This document shows positions 29,579 to 39,768 of a stretch of DNA of 64,000 nucleotides, in pieces. A program made the translations under genes and the position numbers. The stretch comes from an uncultured bacterium (GTDB lineage Bacteria; Chlamydiota; Chlamydiia; Chlamydiales; SM23-39), in the NCBI GenBank assembly GCA_963716985.1, contig OY970323.1:128001-192000 (forward strand), read 5' to 3'. The notes beneath the pieces were generated by a model that saw nothing but the letters and a program-made list of their open reading frames with translations, had not been told where the DNA came from and did no database searches. Each line of letters opens with the position of its first letter. The first letter of the stretch is position 1.

Positions 29579-30697
29579 ATGAGAAGAGTTGCCTACTATC
29601 CTTTTCTTTTGCTCATAGCTACCCTTTTTCTTTTTTTAACGCTCCCCTCTTCTTTTACCGGTAAGATCCGCCGCTCTGCGATTGGCCTGGCATCTCCCGT
29701 CTGGTCGCTCTTGCATAAAAGCCAAAAAAAATCTGCGGATGCCCTGCAATTATCTTTGGAAAATCAGAGGCTTCACGAAGTTTTGGAAGAGGTGTTTGAA
29801 TGGGTGCTGGCAGAGGAAAATATTCAAGATCAAGTGGAAGCGCTAGGATCGCTTGCTGAAAAGGCAAAAGAAAAAACGGAGAGACAAGATTTTTTTATCC
29901 GAAGAAAAAACGAGCTGCAAGCGCGCGTCGATCTGCAGCTGCAATCCATTCCTGCAAAAATCATTTTTCGCGATCCGCTTTCCTGCAATCACTTTGTTTG
30001 GATCAATGTAGGCGAGAAGGAAAATGAAGCTCTTGGTCGAACAATCATCGCTGTCGATAGCCCTGTTGTCGTGGGAGATTCTCTTGTTGGCGTTGTGGAA
30101 GAGGTGGAGAGGAGCCGATCGAAGGTGCGGCTCATTACCGATTCGGGTTTGGGGATTTCCGTGCGCACTGTTCGCGGATCGTCGCAAGAGAGCATGCTCT
30201 ATCGAATGATTGCCGCCCTTGTCCCTATTTTCAAGGAGAAGGAAAATCTATTTGCGATCGAACAAGAAAAAGAAACTTTTTTGCATATGCTTTCGCAAGT
30301 CCAAGAAAAATTCTTACAGGAAAAAAAGGAGTGGTTTTTGGCAAAGGGTGTTTTGCAGGGGACCAATCTTCCCCTCTGGCCTTTTAGCTCGCAAAAACTT
30401 GAGGGACACGGCTTTAATTATGATTGCGCAGATAGCGAAGGGGAGAGATGCGACTTGAAAAGGGGAAGCGTTTCAGGAAAAGAGGATGCGACGCCTCTCA
30501 TTGCCACGGGCGATCTTTTGATTACGAGCGGCATGGATGGTATTTTTCCATCCGGCCTTTCTGTGGCAATCGTCACCCATGTCTCTCCTTTAAAGGAGGC
30601 AGCCTATGCTTATGATTTAGAGGCTCTGCCGGTTGTCGCAAATTTGTCAGATCTATCTGTCGTCTTTGTCATGCCGCCGCTTTTTGAAAAAGAATAA
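29579..30697 (+). CDS. mreC: Rod shape-determining protein MreC
   Basis: N-terminal TM and coiled coil, LVGVVEEV..SKVRLITD and GDLLITSGMDGIFPSGL. Confidence 0.9.
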   Translation: MRRVAYYPFLLLIATLFLFLTLPSSFTGKIRRSAIGLASPVWSLLHKSQKKSADALQLSLENQRLHEVLEEVFEWVLAEENIQDQVEALGSLAEKAKEKTERQDFFIRRKNELQARVDLQLQSIPAKIIFRDPLSCNHFVWINVGEKENEALGRTIIAVDSPVVVGDSLVGVVEEVERSRSKVRLITDSGLGISVRTVRGSSQESMLYRMIAALVPIFKEKENLFAIEQEKETFLHMLSQVQEKFLQEKKEWFLAKGVLQGTNLPLWPFSSQKLEGHGFNYDCADSEGERCDLKRGSVSGKEDATPLIATGDLLITSGMDGIFPSGLSVAIVTHVSPLKEAAYAYDLEALPVVANLSDLSVVFVMPPLFEKE

Positions 30698-30718
30698 TAT
30701 TTCACGGAACTGACCTAT

Positions 30719-31786
30719 ATGAAAAATATCTCTTGCGCAGCAGTCAATTTTGGCTTGGATGAGCGGCTTTTGGATCATATTGCCCCCTTTGCCGCCCTTC
30801 TAGACATCCCCCTTCACGTGACCGAGGAAAAAAATTTTGCACTCTTAAAACGATATTACCCCTTTGTAAAGGCGATCTTGCACAAACCGTCTGAAGTGAG
30901 TGCATCTTTTTTTGAAGATGTGGATGTTTTGTTTCAATCCACCTTTTGGCGAGAGGAAGAAAAGTCTTTTTTTTCCTACAAGAGGAAAAAAAAACTCCTC
31001 TTTGCCTATCTTCCCCATGGGAATTCCGATAAGGGATATCATGCGCCTATGATGGAGCTGGCGCGAGAGCAAGATTTCCTGCTGGTCTATGGAAACCAGA
31101 TGATCGAGCGCCTTCAAAAACAGGGAATTTGGAAGGGAGTCAAACAATGGGCAGCCCTTGGTAATTATCGAGAAGCATTGTATCGAAGACATCAAACTTT
31201 TTACGATGAGATCGTGGAAAAAGAGATCTTTTCCTCCTTGAACAATAAAAAAAAGACCTGTCTTTATGCGCCGACCTGGCAGGATCCGGAACGCTCTTCC
31301 TCTTTTTTTTCAGAAACTAGGCGTTTGGCTGAGGAAGTGAGCGATTCGTTCAATCTGCTCATTAAGCCCCATCCTCTTTTAGAGGAAAGAGATCCCTCTC
31401 TTTATCATGCGATGCTCGGCCTTTGTGAAAGAAAAAAAAATTGTACAATTGTGGAAGGAATGCCCCTGATCTACCCGCTTCTGGCTAGGTCGGATCTTTA
31501 TTTGGGAGATTTTTCTTCGATCGGATATGACTTTCTTACATTTCAAAGACCGATGTTTTTCTTTGCTACAAAAGAAAGAAGGGACGAAAATAGTTTGCAG
31601 CTTAGGACATGCGGTTTTGAAATTCCTGCAAATGAAGAGATCTTTCCTTTCATCGAAAAAAATCTTTGCCTATTTGATGAATCGATGAGAGAAAAGCAGA
31701 GGCAGATGGAATTCTTTTCCTTTGGAGAAAAAAGAGATCCTTTGCAAATTAAAGAGGATATTGTTCATCGTTTACAACAAGTTTGA
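30719..31786 (+). CDS. CDP-glycerol glycerophosphotransferase (TagF-like) family protein
   Basis: PHGNSDKG, YAPTW, KPHP and GDFSSIGYDF. Confidence 0.8.
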   Translation: MKNISCAAVNFGLDERLLDHIAPFAALLDIPLHVTEEKNFALLKRYYPFVKAILHKPSEVSASFFEDVDVLFQSTFWREEEKSFFSYKRKKKLLFAYLPHGNSDKGYHAPMMELAREQDFLLVYGNQMIERLQKQGIWKGVKQWAALGNYREALYRRHQTFYDEIVEKEIFSSLNNKKKTCLYAPTWQDPERSSSFFSETRRLAEEVSDSFNLLIKPHPLLEERDPSLYHAMLGLCERKKNCTIVEGMPLIYPLLARSDLYLGDFSSIGYDFLTFQRPMFFFATKERRDENSLQLRTCGFEIPANEEIFPFIEKNLCLFDESMREKQRQMEFFSFGEKRDPLQIKEDIVHRLQQV

Positions 31787-32810
31787 GATGCTCGATTTGC
31801 GAACGCTCAGAAAAGGTCTCATTGTAAATTTTCTTTTGAATCGCACAAAAAGAATCTTCTTTTTTATCGAGGAAGGCTTTGATTTTTTTCAGAAAATCGA
31901 CGGCATTTTCTTTAGAAAAAACATGGCCGCACCGGTGGAGTTGCAGACTATTTTCATCCCTCCTCTCTTCTGCGGCAAAGAAAAACATGGGCTTTTGAAA
32001 GGTCAGAAAATCATATCCGATCGAAGAGGCGTCTCCGAGATAGGCATCTACAAAATGTAAAAGCGGGTAGATGACGGGCAGATCTTTTAAGAGAACTAAA
32101 CTTTTTGTTTTTCGCACTCTTTGATCGATCTTCTCCATTTCTAGAGGATGAGAGGAAAAGAGATGGGGATGGGGTTTGATTATGAGGTTTACCTCTTCGT
32201 TAAAAGAGTCTATGAGGGGATCTAACAATTGCTCGAAGGAAGAGTTTTTTTCGGAATCGCTCCAGGTCGGTGCATAAAGAATGGTTTTTTTGGGGGACAA
32301 AGAAGAAAAAATCTCTTTTCGTAAAAGTTTCTCGTAAAAGGCTTTGTTTTCAAGAAAATAGCGGAAGCGATAGTTGCCGACTATGAGCTGTTTGTTAACG
32401 ACTCCTTTTTCCTTCAAAAACTCTTCCATCCGTTTCCCATAGACCAGTAAAAGTTCTTCTTGGGAGAGTCCTTCCATGAAAAAAGAAGACCTTCCCTTGT
32501 CGGAGTTGCCATGAGGACACCAGATGGTATGAAGCTTTTTCTCTAGAAGCAGCTGCGGAAGAAAAAAGTCGCTATCGAAGAGCGGCCTTGGCATGCAGGT
32601 GATAAGTTGATCGAAATTTTGAGATGCATAAAAATAGACCTCTTGAGGATCGCAGCCGATCACATGGATCTTGGGGTAGAATTTTTTTGCCAGGGAATAG
32701 AGACTCTCGTCATCCACGATCAGAGGAATGTTCAAAAGAGAAGATAGGGGCGCCAAATGGTCCAAGTGGTGAAGCGAGTGTCCATAAAGGATGGCGGCAG
32801 ACCGCTGCAT
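31749..32810 (-). CDS. CDP-glycerol glycerophosphotransferase family protein (convergent paralogue)
   Basis: PHGNSDKG, YAPTW, KPHP and GDASSIGYDF. Start re-called at MQRSAA. Confidence 0.8.
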   Translation of the reverse strand: MQRSAAILYGHSLHHLDHLAPLSSLLNIPLIVDDESLYSLAKKFYPKIHVIGCDPQEVYFYASQNFDQLITCMPRPLFDSDFFLPQLLLEKKLHTIWCPHGNSDKGRSSFFMEGLSQEELLLVYGKRMEEFLKEKGVVNKQLIVGNYRFRYFLENKAFYEKLLRKEIFSSLSPKKTILYAPTWSDSEKNSSFEQLLDPLIDSFNEEVNLIIKPHPHLFSSHPLEMEKIDQRVRKTKSLVLLKDLPVIYPLLHFVDAYLGDASSIGYDFLTFQKPMFFFAAEERRDENSLQLHRCGHVFSKENAVDFLKKIKAFLDKKEDSFCAIQKKIYNETFSERSQIEHLKLVVNDEQYPL

Positions 32811-32899
32811 AAGAGAGGCATCTTTTTTTGTTATAACGAAAAAAGAAAGATAGAGACAATAGAGGTTTTGCAGCAAGAGGAACTCTCAATGTTGTCAAT

Positions 32900-33013
32900 T
32901 TAAGGGGCTTTGCCCCTTAACCCCACCAAAGGACACGGTCCTTTGGAAATTTAAGACATTGGGTTTCCAAAGGGCATGCCCTTTGGGGAGAGCTCGAGAG
33001 CGAGAGCTCTCGA
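32900..33013. repeat. Multi-hairpin palindromic (REP/MITE-like) element
   Basis: TTAAGGGGC-ttt-GCCCCTTAA; CCAAAGGAC-acg-GTCCTTTGG; CCAAAGGGCATGCCCTTTGG; TCGAGAGC-gaga-GCTCTCGA. Confidence 0.75.
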
Positions 33014-33077
33014 ATCCTGGACAGCATGGGAGGCGCTCTCTTCCACAGAAAAAAACAGGTAGAAAAAGTTCACGATT

Positions 33078-34145
33078 ATGAACGAAAAAAATCTAAAAGA
33101 TGTTCCAAATGAAAGTCTGAAGGAGTGGTTTTTGAAAAACCGAAGGGACTTTCCTTGGAGAAGAGATCCTTCACCTTATAGAGTGTGGATATCCGAGGTG
33201 ATGCTCCAACAGACAAGGGCCAGTGTTGTTGTCTCCTATTTTGAGCGATGGATGACTCTTTTCCCCAATATAAAGGCCTTAGCTCAAGCTCCTTTTGAAG
33301 TGCTGCTCAAGGCTTGGGAGGGTCTGGGCTATTACCAACGTTTGCGCAATATCCATGCGTCTGCAAAGCTGGTCTGTGAAAAATTTCAGGGCATTATTCC
33401 GCAAAATGAGGAGGATCTCCAATCCTTGCCGGGAGTTGGCCCTTATACAAGAGGGGCTATTTTGGCTTTTGCTTTTCAAAAAAGAGCTGCGGCCGTTGAT
33501 GCCAATGCCATGAGAGCTTTGGTCAGATATTTTCAAATAGAGGAAGATGTTGCAAAAGCGAGTGTGAAAAAAAGACTTTTTGATCTCCAAGAAAACATCT
33601 TACCCTTCAAAGATCCCCATCTTCTTGTCGAGGCGTGGATTGAGATAGGCGCCACGATCTGCCAGCCAAAAGCGCGCTGCGCCATCTGTCCTTTGGCAAG
33701 CGATTGTCTTGCGCATCGGATGAAAAAAGAGCTGCTTTTGCCTTTTGTTTCGAAGAAAAAAGAGGAGAGGGCTCTGCATCGAGCCGTATTGGTGGTGGAG
33801 AAAGAAGGGGCTCTCTTCCTTCGAAAAGCAAGGAGGGGCGAGATCATGGAAGATCTTTTCGAATTTCCCTATTTTGATTGTGAAAGGAAAAAAGTTTCAA
33901 GGAGGCGTGTTGTCTTGTGGGCTTGGAGCGATTTGGGTCTTTCCCTTCAGGAGATCTCTTCGCTGCCCTTGGAAAAACAGAGCTTTACCTCTTTTCGCGT
34001 GACGCTATTTCCCTTTTTGGCTTTTTGCGATCAAGACTTAAAAAAAAACCATTCCTATGAATGGATCTCTAAATCAAAACTCGAACAGTTGAGCTTTTCT
34101 TCCGGACATCGTAGAATTTTGCAAAGAATCATGGGAAAAAGATGA
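33078..34145 (+). CDS. mutY: A/G-specific adenine glycosylase
   Basis: PYRVWISEVMLQQT, WEGLGYY, HhH LPGVGPYT and Fe-S cysteines CQPKARCAICPLASDC. Confidence 0.96.
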   Translation: MNEKNLKDVPNESLKEWFLKNRRDFPWRRDPSPYRVWISEVMLQQTRASVVVSYFERWMTLFPNIKALAQAPFEVLLKAWEGLGYYQRLRNIHASAKLVCEKFQGIIPQNEEDLQSLPGVGPYTRGAILAFAFQKRAAAVDANAMRALVRYFQIEEDVAKASVKKRLFDLQENILPFKDPHLLVEAWIEIGATICQPKARCAICPLASDCLAHRMKKELLLPFVSKKKEERALHRAVLVVEKEGALFLRKARRGEIMEDLFEFPYFDCERKKVSRRRVVLWAWSDLGLSLQEISSLPLEKQSFTSFRVTLFPFLAFCDQDLKKNHSYEWISKSKLEQLSFSSGHRRILQRIMGKR

Positions 34146-35257
34146 GAATCATTCATTTAGAGGCCTCCACAGGGTGGGGAGGGCAGGAAATGCGCATTTT
34201 GTCGGAAGCCAAGGGCATGCGGCAAAGAGGCCATGAAATTTTTTTTGTCGTGGAAAAAGAAGCCAAACTTGCAAAAAAAGCAAGAGACGCGGGTTTTGTC
34301 GTTCATGAACTCTCCTTTAAAAAACCCTTTTGGCCTCTTTCCTTTCTTTATCTTGTCTATCTTTTTTGTAAATTTCATATAGACCTTGTCAATACCCACT
34401 CTTCTTTAGATGCATGGCTTGGAGGGATGGCGGCCCGTTTTGCACGAAGGCCGATCCTTCGCACGCGCCATTTATCAACGCCGATCAGAAAGGGATGGAA
34501 CAGTCGCTGGCTGTATCAAAAACTTGCCGATTTTGTGGTGACCACCTGTGCAAAAATCGTTCCGATGGTTTGCGAACAGTCGGGTCAGTCCTCTCGCTGT
34601 TGCAGGTCCATTCCGACAGGGATGGATCCGCTTCTCATCCGATATGCATCGGATGCGCCCAAACGGTTTCGAGAAAAGATGGGGATTTCTTCAAGTGATT
34701 TTCTCGTCGGAACGGTTTGCATGGTCAGATCCTGGAAGGGGATTGAAGATTTCCTTCAGGCAGCCCATCTTCTTCGCAAGGAAAAAAATATTCGATGGGT
34801 GATCATCGGCGGCGGATATTTGGACTCTTACCAAAAAAAAGCCATCACAATGCAGCTGGATTCTTTGGTGGCCTTTACCGGTCATCTGGAATCTCCCTTT
34901 GGAGCGATTGCCGCTTTAGACGCATTTGCGCTTCTCAGTACCAATCATGAGGGAGTCTCGCAAGCAAGTTTGCAGGCCGCCTATTTAGCAAAGCCTTTGA
35001 TTACGACTCCGACGGGAGGACTGAAAGAGGTTTGCATTCCCCATATTACAGGTTTGCAAGTGCCCGTCTTTTCTCCTCAAAAGGTTGCAGATGCGGTCTT
35101 GGATCTACAAAAAAATCCGGAGCTTTGCCGGCGTCTTGGGAAAAAAGCCAGAGAGCATGTGGAAAAGCATTTTATGTTTGCTGATATGCTCGATCAGATG
35201 GAAACAATCTATTGGAAGCTTTGTCCTTCCAAAAAAGCAAAGAACCTTTCACATTAA
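34142..35257 (+). CDS. Glycosyltransferase family 4
   Basis: GWGGQE, HSSLD, RTRH, KG..DFL and EGVSQASLQA. Confidence 0.9.
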   Translation: MRIIHLEASTGWGGQEMRILSEAKGMRQRGHEIFFVVEKEAKLAKKARDAGFVVHELSFKKPFWPLSFLYLVYLFCKFHIDLVNTHSSLDAWLGGMAARFARRPILRTRHLSTPIRKGWNSRWLYQKLADFVVTTCAKIVPMVCEQSGQSSRCCRSIPTGMDPLLIRYASDAPKRFREKMGISSSDFLVGTVCMVRSWKGIEDFLQAAHLLRKEKNIRWVIIGGGYLDSYQKKAITMQLDSLVAFTGHLESPFGAIAALDAFALLSTNHEGVSQASLQAAYLAKPLITTPTGGLKEVCIPHITGLQVPVFSPQKVADAVLDLQKNPELCRRLGKKAREHVEKHFMFADMLDQMETIYWKLCPSKKAKNLSH

Positions 35258-35479
35258 TGAACGCTCAACCTCATTTCTAGAATGGCCTCAATGCCCTGGT
35301 TTTCAAATGATTTTTTTGCCGGACTTGCCGTAATGACCTTGGAATTACGGCGCTTCAAGGAGGGGGATGAAATTTTTTTCGCGATGCACTCCTTTGTGAT
35401 ACGAAGGGGGAAATAAAAAATTTCAGGAGGAAATATTCTTCTTTTCCTAGTATAATGTAGTTGTTTTTCTATCGAAAAA

Positions 35480-36223
35480 ATGGAGAGAGCTATGGAAGCA
35501 ATTCCGCCGCAAGAGTCTTTTGTGCACCGCAAAATTCTACCGCTGACCTTTTGGATTTTGGAGAGAAAAAGTGCCATTTTTTATGGCTTTTTTTCTCTTA
35601 TCGTCTTGATTTTTCTCGCAAGCCGCTATCTGCCTTTTTTTCAAAAAGAAGAGGAGCTGCTATCTTCGGAAACTATCTATCGGACATGGCTAGAGAACCA
35701 GGAGGAGGTAAACTCTTGGAAAAAGCTTCATGGGCAGCTTCAAAAAAATAACTTTTTAAAGACCAAATATGCAAGCGATATTGCGCAAAGATGGATTTGC
35801 AAAGAGGATCTTACAAAAGCAAGGCCGCTGGTCGAGGACTCCTTTCAGAAACTAGGGGATGATCTGGATTATTATGCTGTTTTTTCACAAACAAGCTGGA
35901 ACATTGCACGAGGAGAGATCGAACAGGCGCTCGAAGAGGCCGGAGCATTGAAGAAAAAGATGTCCGCGGACGGTAGCTTTTCAAAAGGATCCCTTCTCTA
36001 TGGACATAACCTGATGAGGATTCTCTTTTTAGAAAAGAGTTTGAAAAATGCCAAAGGAGTTGCGGTTGCAAGAGGCGCTCTCGAGGAGTATCTGCAGAAA
36101 AATCAAACGACGCTGCTTTGCGAAAAAGAAGAAAAAACCTTTTTCAAAAATATCCGCAAGAACAAACAAGTTGGCCTTGCGGATTTTCTGGCTGATCAGA
36201 AAAACTTAACTTGTGGAAATTAG
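35480..36223 (+). CDS. Membrane-anchored helical hypothetical protein
   Basis: Single N-terminal TM followed by a TPR-like helical region. Confidence 0.7.
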   Translation: MERAMEAIPPQESFVHRKILPLTFWILERKSAIFYGFFSLIVLIFLASRYLPFFQKEEELLSSETIYRTWLENQEEVNSWKKLHGQLQKNNFLKTKYASDIAQRWICKEDLTKARPLVEDSFQKLGDDLDYYAVFSQTSWNIARGEIEQALEEAGALKKKMSADGSFSKGSLLYGHNLMRILFLEKSLKNAKGVAVARGALEEYLQKNQTTLLCEKEEKTFFKNIRKNKQVGLADFLADQKNLTCGN

Positions 36224-36684
36224 ATATTTTCACCTTCTCTAAATCCCGACTCTTTCTTTGGATAGCTTCCCATATCCTTAAGCAGGTATTTTGGAATCAT
36301 GTGGAATCCGACACCGGCCAATACTCCAAGCTCAATAAAAAGAACAAAAGGAAGAAATAGAGCAAAGACAATCCGGACCGATCCGATGATGATCTGAATG
36401 GTCTTTTCCTGCTTGTGGTAGAAATGGTAGAAGCCTTTGAGCATTTTGGAACTTTGATCGGGAAAAGCAATGCTGATCATACTCGCCAGCCCGAGGCAGG
36501 TCAGCGTCCACATGGGACCTATGAAAAAATCAAAAATGCTGGAAATGCTTGCAATGAAAATGGCCAAAATAAAAAGCATTTCATGCAGATATTTTCTTGC
36601 AAGGCTCTCTAGCTCTTGAATGGAAATGCCCTCTTTGAGCTTATTGCCAAGAGACTCTTTTTTATCTTCGTCTGCCATGTTCAT
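36220..36684 (-). CDS. Membrane hypothetical protein
   Basis: GGAGG RBS and about 4 hydrophobic segments. Confidence 0.75.
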   Translation of the reverse strand: MNMADEDKKESLGNKLKEGISIQELESLARKYLHEMLFILAIFIASISSIFDFFIGPMWTLTCLGLASMISIAFPDQSSKMLKGFYHFYHKQEKTIQIIIGSVRIVFALFLPFVLFIELGVLAGVGFHMIPKYLLKDMGSYPKKESGFREGENI

Positions 36685-36908
36685 CCTCCAATTTATCCTT
36701 CTTTCAAGGAGCTAATTTTTTTTTCGTGAGAAATTTTTGCTCCTGGCATGGTGAACCAGAAAAATTCCCACTACCTTTTGTTCTTAATTTAAATGATTAA
36801 AGTAATTTTTTGCAATATTTGAAGAAGCGCTAAGGTTTGTGTTTTTTTCTTCGATCTTCTAAAATAAGATCTTTCATTTTTCACTTCCTAAAAAATGGCG
36901 TTTTTTTT

Positions 36909-38159
36909 ATGGGGCTTTTCACCAATAGCTTTCAAGATGTGCAGAAGAGGATTTTGCTGTTTTTTTCTCTTATTTTTTTGTCAAGTCTTGGCATTTTTGG
37001 TCTTTGGATCCTTTTTCTGCCCAACGCCTCTCATCTCGCGCTTTCTTTTGCGCCAACGCATCTTTCGAACGAAAGTAGGCCGGGGAGTATTTTAGGAGGG
37101 GCTTTGTTCCTGCGCGCTTCCTCTTACACTCCTCAATTGCCCGATCTTTCCCGAGAAATGACAGTGACATGGGTCTTAGACCGTCCGGATCGAAAAGGGG
37201 CAAAAAGAGGGGAGGTTTTTTTATTGCGAAGCGGAGAAAAAAAGAGGGTGGAATTTTCCGAGCGGATCTTCTTCTTTTTTGGTGAAAATGATCTGCTGCA
37301 ATTTTCAAAAGAGCCCTCTCTTTTTTGGATGGAGATGCAAATCGCAGGAAAAGAAAAAGTCGAATGTAGAGCCGGAATTGGGGAAGAGGGAAAGTGGAGA
37401 GGCCTTCCTCTTATTACTACTTTTCAGATGCCGATGGCGGAAGAGAGGGCAAGTCAGGAAAAAAGCGAGGGGGTTTGTTTTCAAAAGATTGCAAAGGCCA
37501 AATGGCTCGGGGAAGATTTTCGCTCTTTTTATCAGCAGAAAAGCGGGGGCGAAAAGAAAAAGGAGCATCGATTAGAAATGGACGCGACATCGCTTCTTGT
37601 GAGCGAGGGGGACTGGCTCTCCTTTCAAGAGCAGAGCTGGAAAAAAATTTCTCAAAACGAGCCGACCGAAAACGATCCGCTTGGGGTCGTCGGGATGATC
37701 AAAGAGCAGCAGATGGAAATCGAGGTTTTTGATGAGACGGGGCACCGAGAAAATGTTCTCTTAAACAGGCAGGCTCCTCCCCTGTTCAAGACCAATCCAG
37801 ATGAGTGGATTGTTTCCGTTCGAGAAAGAGGCAAAGCATCTATTTCTCTTGGCCTTGAAAAGCAGCATTTTCTTTTTCACAAAGGAAGTTGGGCGGCGCG
37901 CAAAGAGGGACGTTGGAGAGTTGTGAAAGGAATCGCTTTGCAAAGGATTGCAGCGGAGGCCTTTTTTTTCTTTGAGGGCATGGAAGAGAGAGAGGGGCAA
38001 AAATGGATGAAGGGGGTTTTCTTCAATGGCAATGGCGTTGTGAAATGCCCTGTAGAAAAAAAATTCGTTTCCAAGAAAAAAAGAGTGCTTGGAGCAAAGA
38101 CATTGATCAGGGAAGAACTTACTAAAAAAGAAGAAAAAAAGTCAACCACCCCTCCCTAA
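36909..38159 (+). CDS. Membrane-anchored protein heading the chlamydial T2SS operon (CT573-like position)
   Basis: N-terminal TM and position upstream of gspD. The last residues STTPP* are supplied by the IscB element left end. Confidence 0.7.
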   Translation: MGLFTNSFQDVQKRILLFFSLIFLSSLGIFGLWILFLPNASHLALSFAPTHLSNESRPGSILGGALFLRASSYTPQLPDLSREMTVTWVLDRPDRKGAKRGEVFLLRSGEKKRVEFSERIFFFFGENDLLQFSKEPSLFWMEMQIAGKEKVECRAGIGEEGKWRGLPLITTFQMPMAEERASQEKSEGVCFQKIAKAKWLGEDFRSFYQQKSGGEKKKEHRLEMDATSLLVSEGDWLSFQEQSWKKISQNEPTENDPLGVVGMIKEQQMEIEVFDETGHRENVLLNRQAPPLFKTNPDEWIVSVRERGKASISLGLEKQHFLFHKGSWAARKEGRWRVVKGIALQRIAAEAFFFFEGMEEREGQKWMKGVFFNGNGVVKCPVEKKFVSKKKRVLGAKTLIREELTKKEEKKSTTPP

Positions 38160-38400
38160 AGGGAGAGACTTGAGAATCAAGCCTGAAGTTGACCAGCCTT
38201 AGTCTTAAGGCAACTTGAGACTACGTTAGGAGCGAATATATAGGCGCCTTGGAATGCCGCCCCAGTTCCAAGCTCTGCGGTTAGCAGTTAAACCAAGCGT
38301 ACGGGTTAAACCAGTGCTGTTAACATGTAAAACCGCTCCATAACTTTGGCGAGGGGAACTTTACCCGGGAAACCGGAGATTGCAGGTAACTGCTATTAGA
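38141..38400 (+). ncRNA. omegaRNA (HEARO-type) scaffold of IscB
   Basis: GTCAAC...GTTGACCAGCC, CTACGTT, TTGGAATGC..CCCAGTTCCAAGCTCTGCG and TTGGCGAGG motifs directly upstream of iscB. 3' end approximate. Confidence 0.85.
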
Positions 38401-38409
38401 AATTTGTAT

Positions 38410-39738
38410 ATGCAAAAAATATTTGTATTAGACAAAAACAGAAAACCACTCATGCCCTGCTCGGCACAGAGAGCAAGGATGCTTTTGTCTTCAGGAAAAG
38501 CCGCTGTTTTAAAACGCTATCCTTTTACCATTATTCTTAAGGATAGAGAGTGTGGCGATGTACAAGATCTTGAGGTTAAAATTGATCCCGGAAGCAAAAC
38601 TTCCGGAATTGTTCTTGTTGGAAATTTTCTAAAAGGGAGAAAAGTTCTATGGGCAGCAAACCTTCAACATAGGGGAAATGCAATCTCATTATCACTTACC
38701 TCTAGAAGAGCATTGAGACGAAGCCGCCGTCATAGAAAAACACCCTATCGCGCCCCTCGATTTGATAATCGAAAACGAACAGATGGTTGGATTGCGCCTT
38801 CTTTGCAATCGAGAGTGGATCATATTCACACTTGGGTCTCCAGATTGCAGAGATGCTCTCCCATATCTTCCATCGCTGTAGAGACTGTACGTTTTGATAC
38901 GCAAAAATTGCAAAATCCGGAGATCTCCGGCATTCTCTATCAACAGGGAGAGTGCCTCGGCTACGAGATCAGGGAGTATCTTCTTGAAAAATGGGGGCGG
39001 AAATGCGCTTATTGCGGAAAAGAAAACACGCGATTAGAAATCGACCATATTGTTCCCAAAAGCCACGGCGGAAGCGATAGAGTCTCAAATCTCATCATCT
39101 CCTGCAAAGAATGCAATAGCAAAAAAGCAAACGGGGACATACAGGAGTTTTTAGAAAACAAGCCCGCTATTCTATCCAAAATTCTCACAAAGTCAAAAGT
39201 TTCACTAAGCGATGCTGCCGTAGTCAATGCGACGAGGGTAGCAATAGGCCGCGATCTTCGTTCCTTTAACCTTCCCCTCACATTTTGGAGCGGCGGTAGG
39301 ACAAAATTCAATAGAGTCAAACAATCGTACGAAAAAGACCACTGGATAGATGCTGCTTGTGTTGGAGAAACAGGAGAGTTCGTTCACATTGACAAAACAT
39401 TCTCCCCGCAAGTGATCAGGGAAACGGGAAAAGGCTGCCGCCAATTCTGCCTAATGGACCGATATGGATTTCCAAGGACGAGCGCCAAAAAGCAGAAAAG
39501 TGTCTATGGCTTCAAAACGGGAGACCTTGCCAGAGCCATTGTAACGAAAGGCAAAAAATCAGGGTGTTATCTTGGAAGGGTAGCCGTGAGGCTTTCGGGA
39601 AATTTTTGTTTTGACACCGCCGTCGGAAAAGTTGATGGCATTAACTATAGATACTGCCAAAATATACAGATGGCAGATGGTTACATTTATTCAATCAAGA
39701 AACCAAACAAAAGGAGCAGCGCTTCCTCCCACCCCTAA
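38410..39738 (+). CDS. iscB: RNA-guided endonuclease IscB
   Basis: PLMP domain, RuvC-I IDPGSK, bridge helix RRALRRSRR, RuvC-II VETVRFD, HNH (CAYC...DHIVPK...N...CKECN) and RuvC-III HWIDA. Confidence 0.96.
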   Translation: MQKIFVLDKNRKPLMPCSAQRARMLLSSGKAAVLKRYPFTIILKDRECGDVQDLEVKIDPGSKTSGIVLVGNFLKGRKVLWAANLQHRGNAISLSLTSRRALRRSRRHRKTPYRAPRFDNRKRTDGWIAPSLQSRVDHIHTWVSRLQRCSPISSIAVETVRFDTQKLQNPEISGILYQQGECLGYEIREYLLEKWGRKCAYCGKENTRLEIDHIVPKSHGGSDRVSNLIISCKECNSKKANGDIQEFLENKPAILSKILTKSKVSLSDAAVVNATRVAIGRDLRSFNLPLTFWSGGRTKFNRVKQSYEKDHWIDAACVGETGEFVHIDKTFSPQVIRETGKGCRQFCLMDRYGFPRTSAKKQKSVYGFKTGDLARAIVTKGKKSGCYLGRVAVRLSGNFCFDTAVGKVDGINYRYCQNIQMADGYIYSIKKPNKRSSASSHP

Positions 39739-39768
39739 AGGGATGGGTTTCCGCGCTGTCAAATTAGG

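Larger units (their letters stand above)
38141..39768 (+). mobile_element. Non-autonomous IS200/IS605-type IscB element
   Basis: Left end GTCAACCACCCCTCCCTAAAGGGAG and right-end hairpin CCCACCCCTAAAGGGATGGGTTTCC. No tnpA. Removal restores an ATGA overlap. Confidence 0.9.

Noticed and set aside
38380..39738. Cas9/CRISPR system
   Set aside because: Small PLMP-containing protein with an omegaRNA. No repeat-spacer array or cas1/cas2 was seen anywhere in the window.
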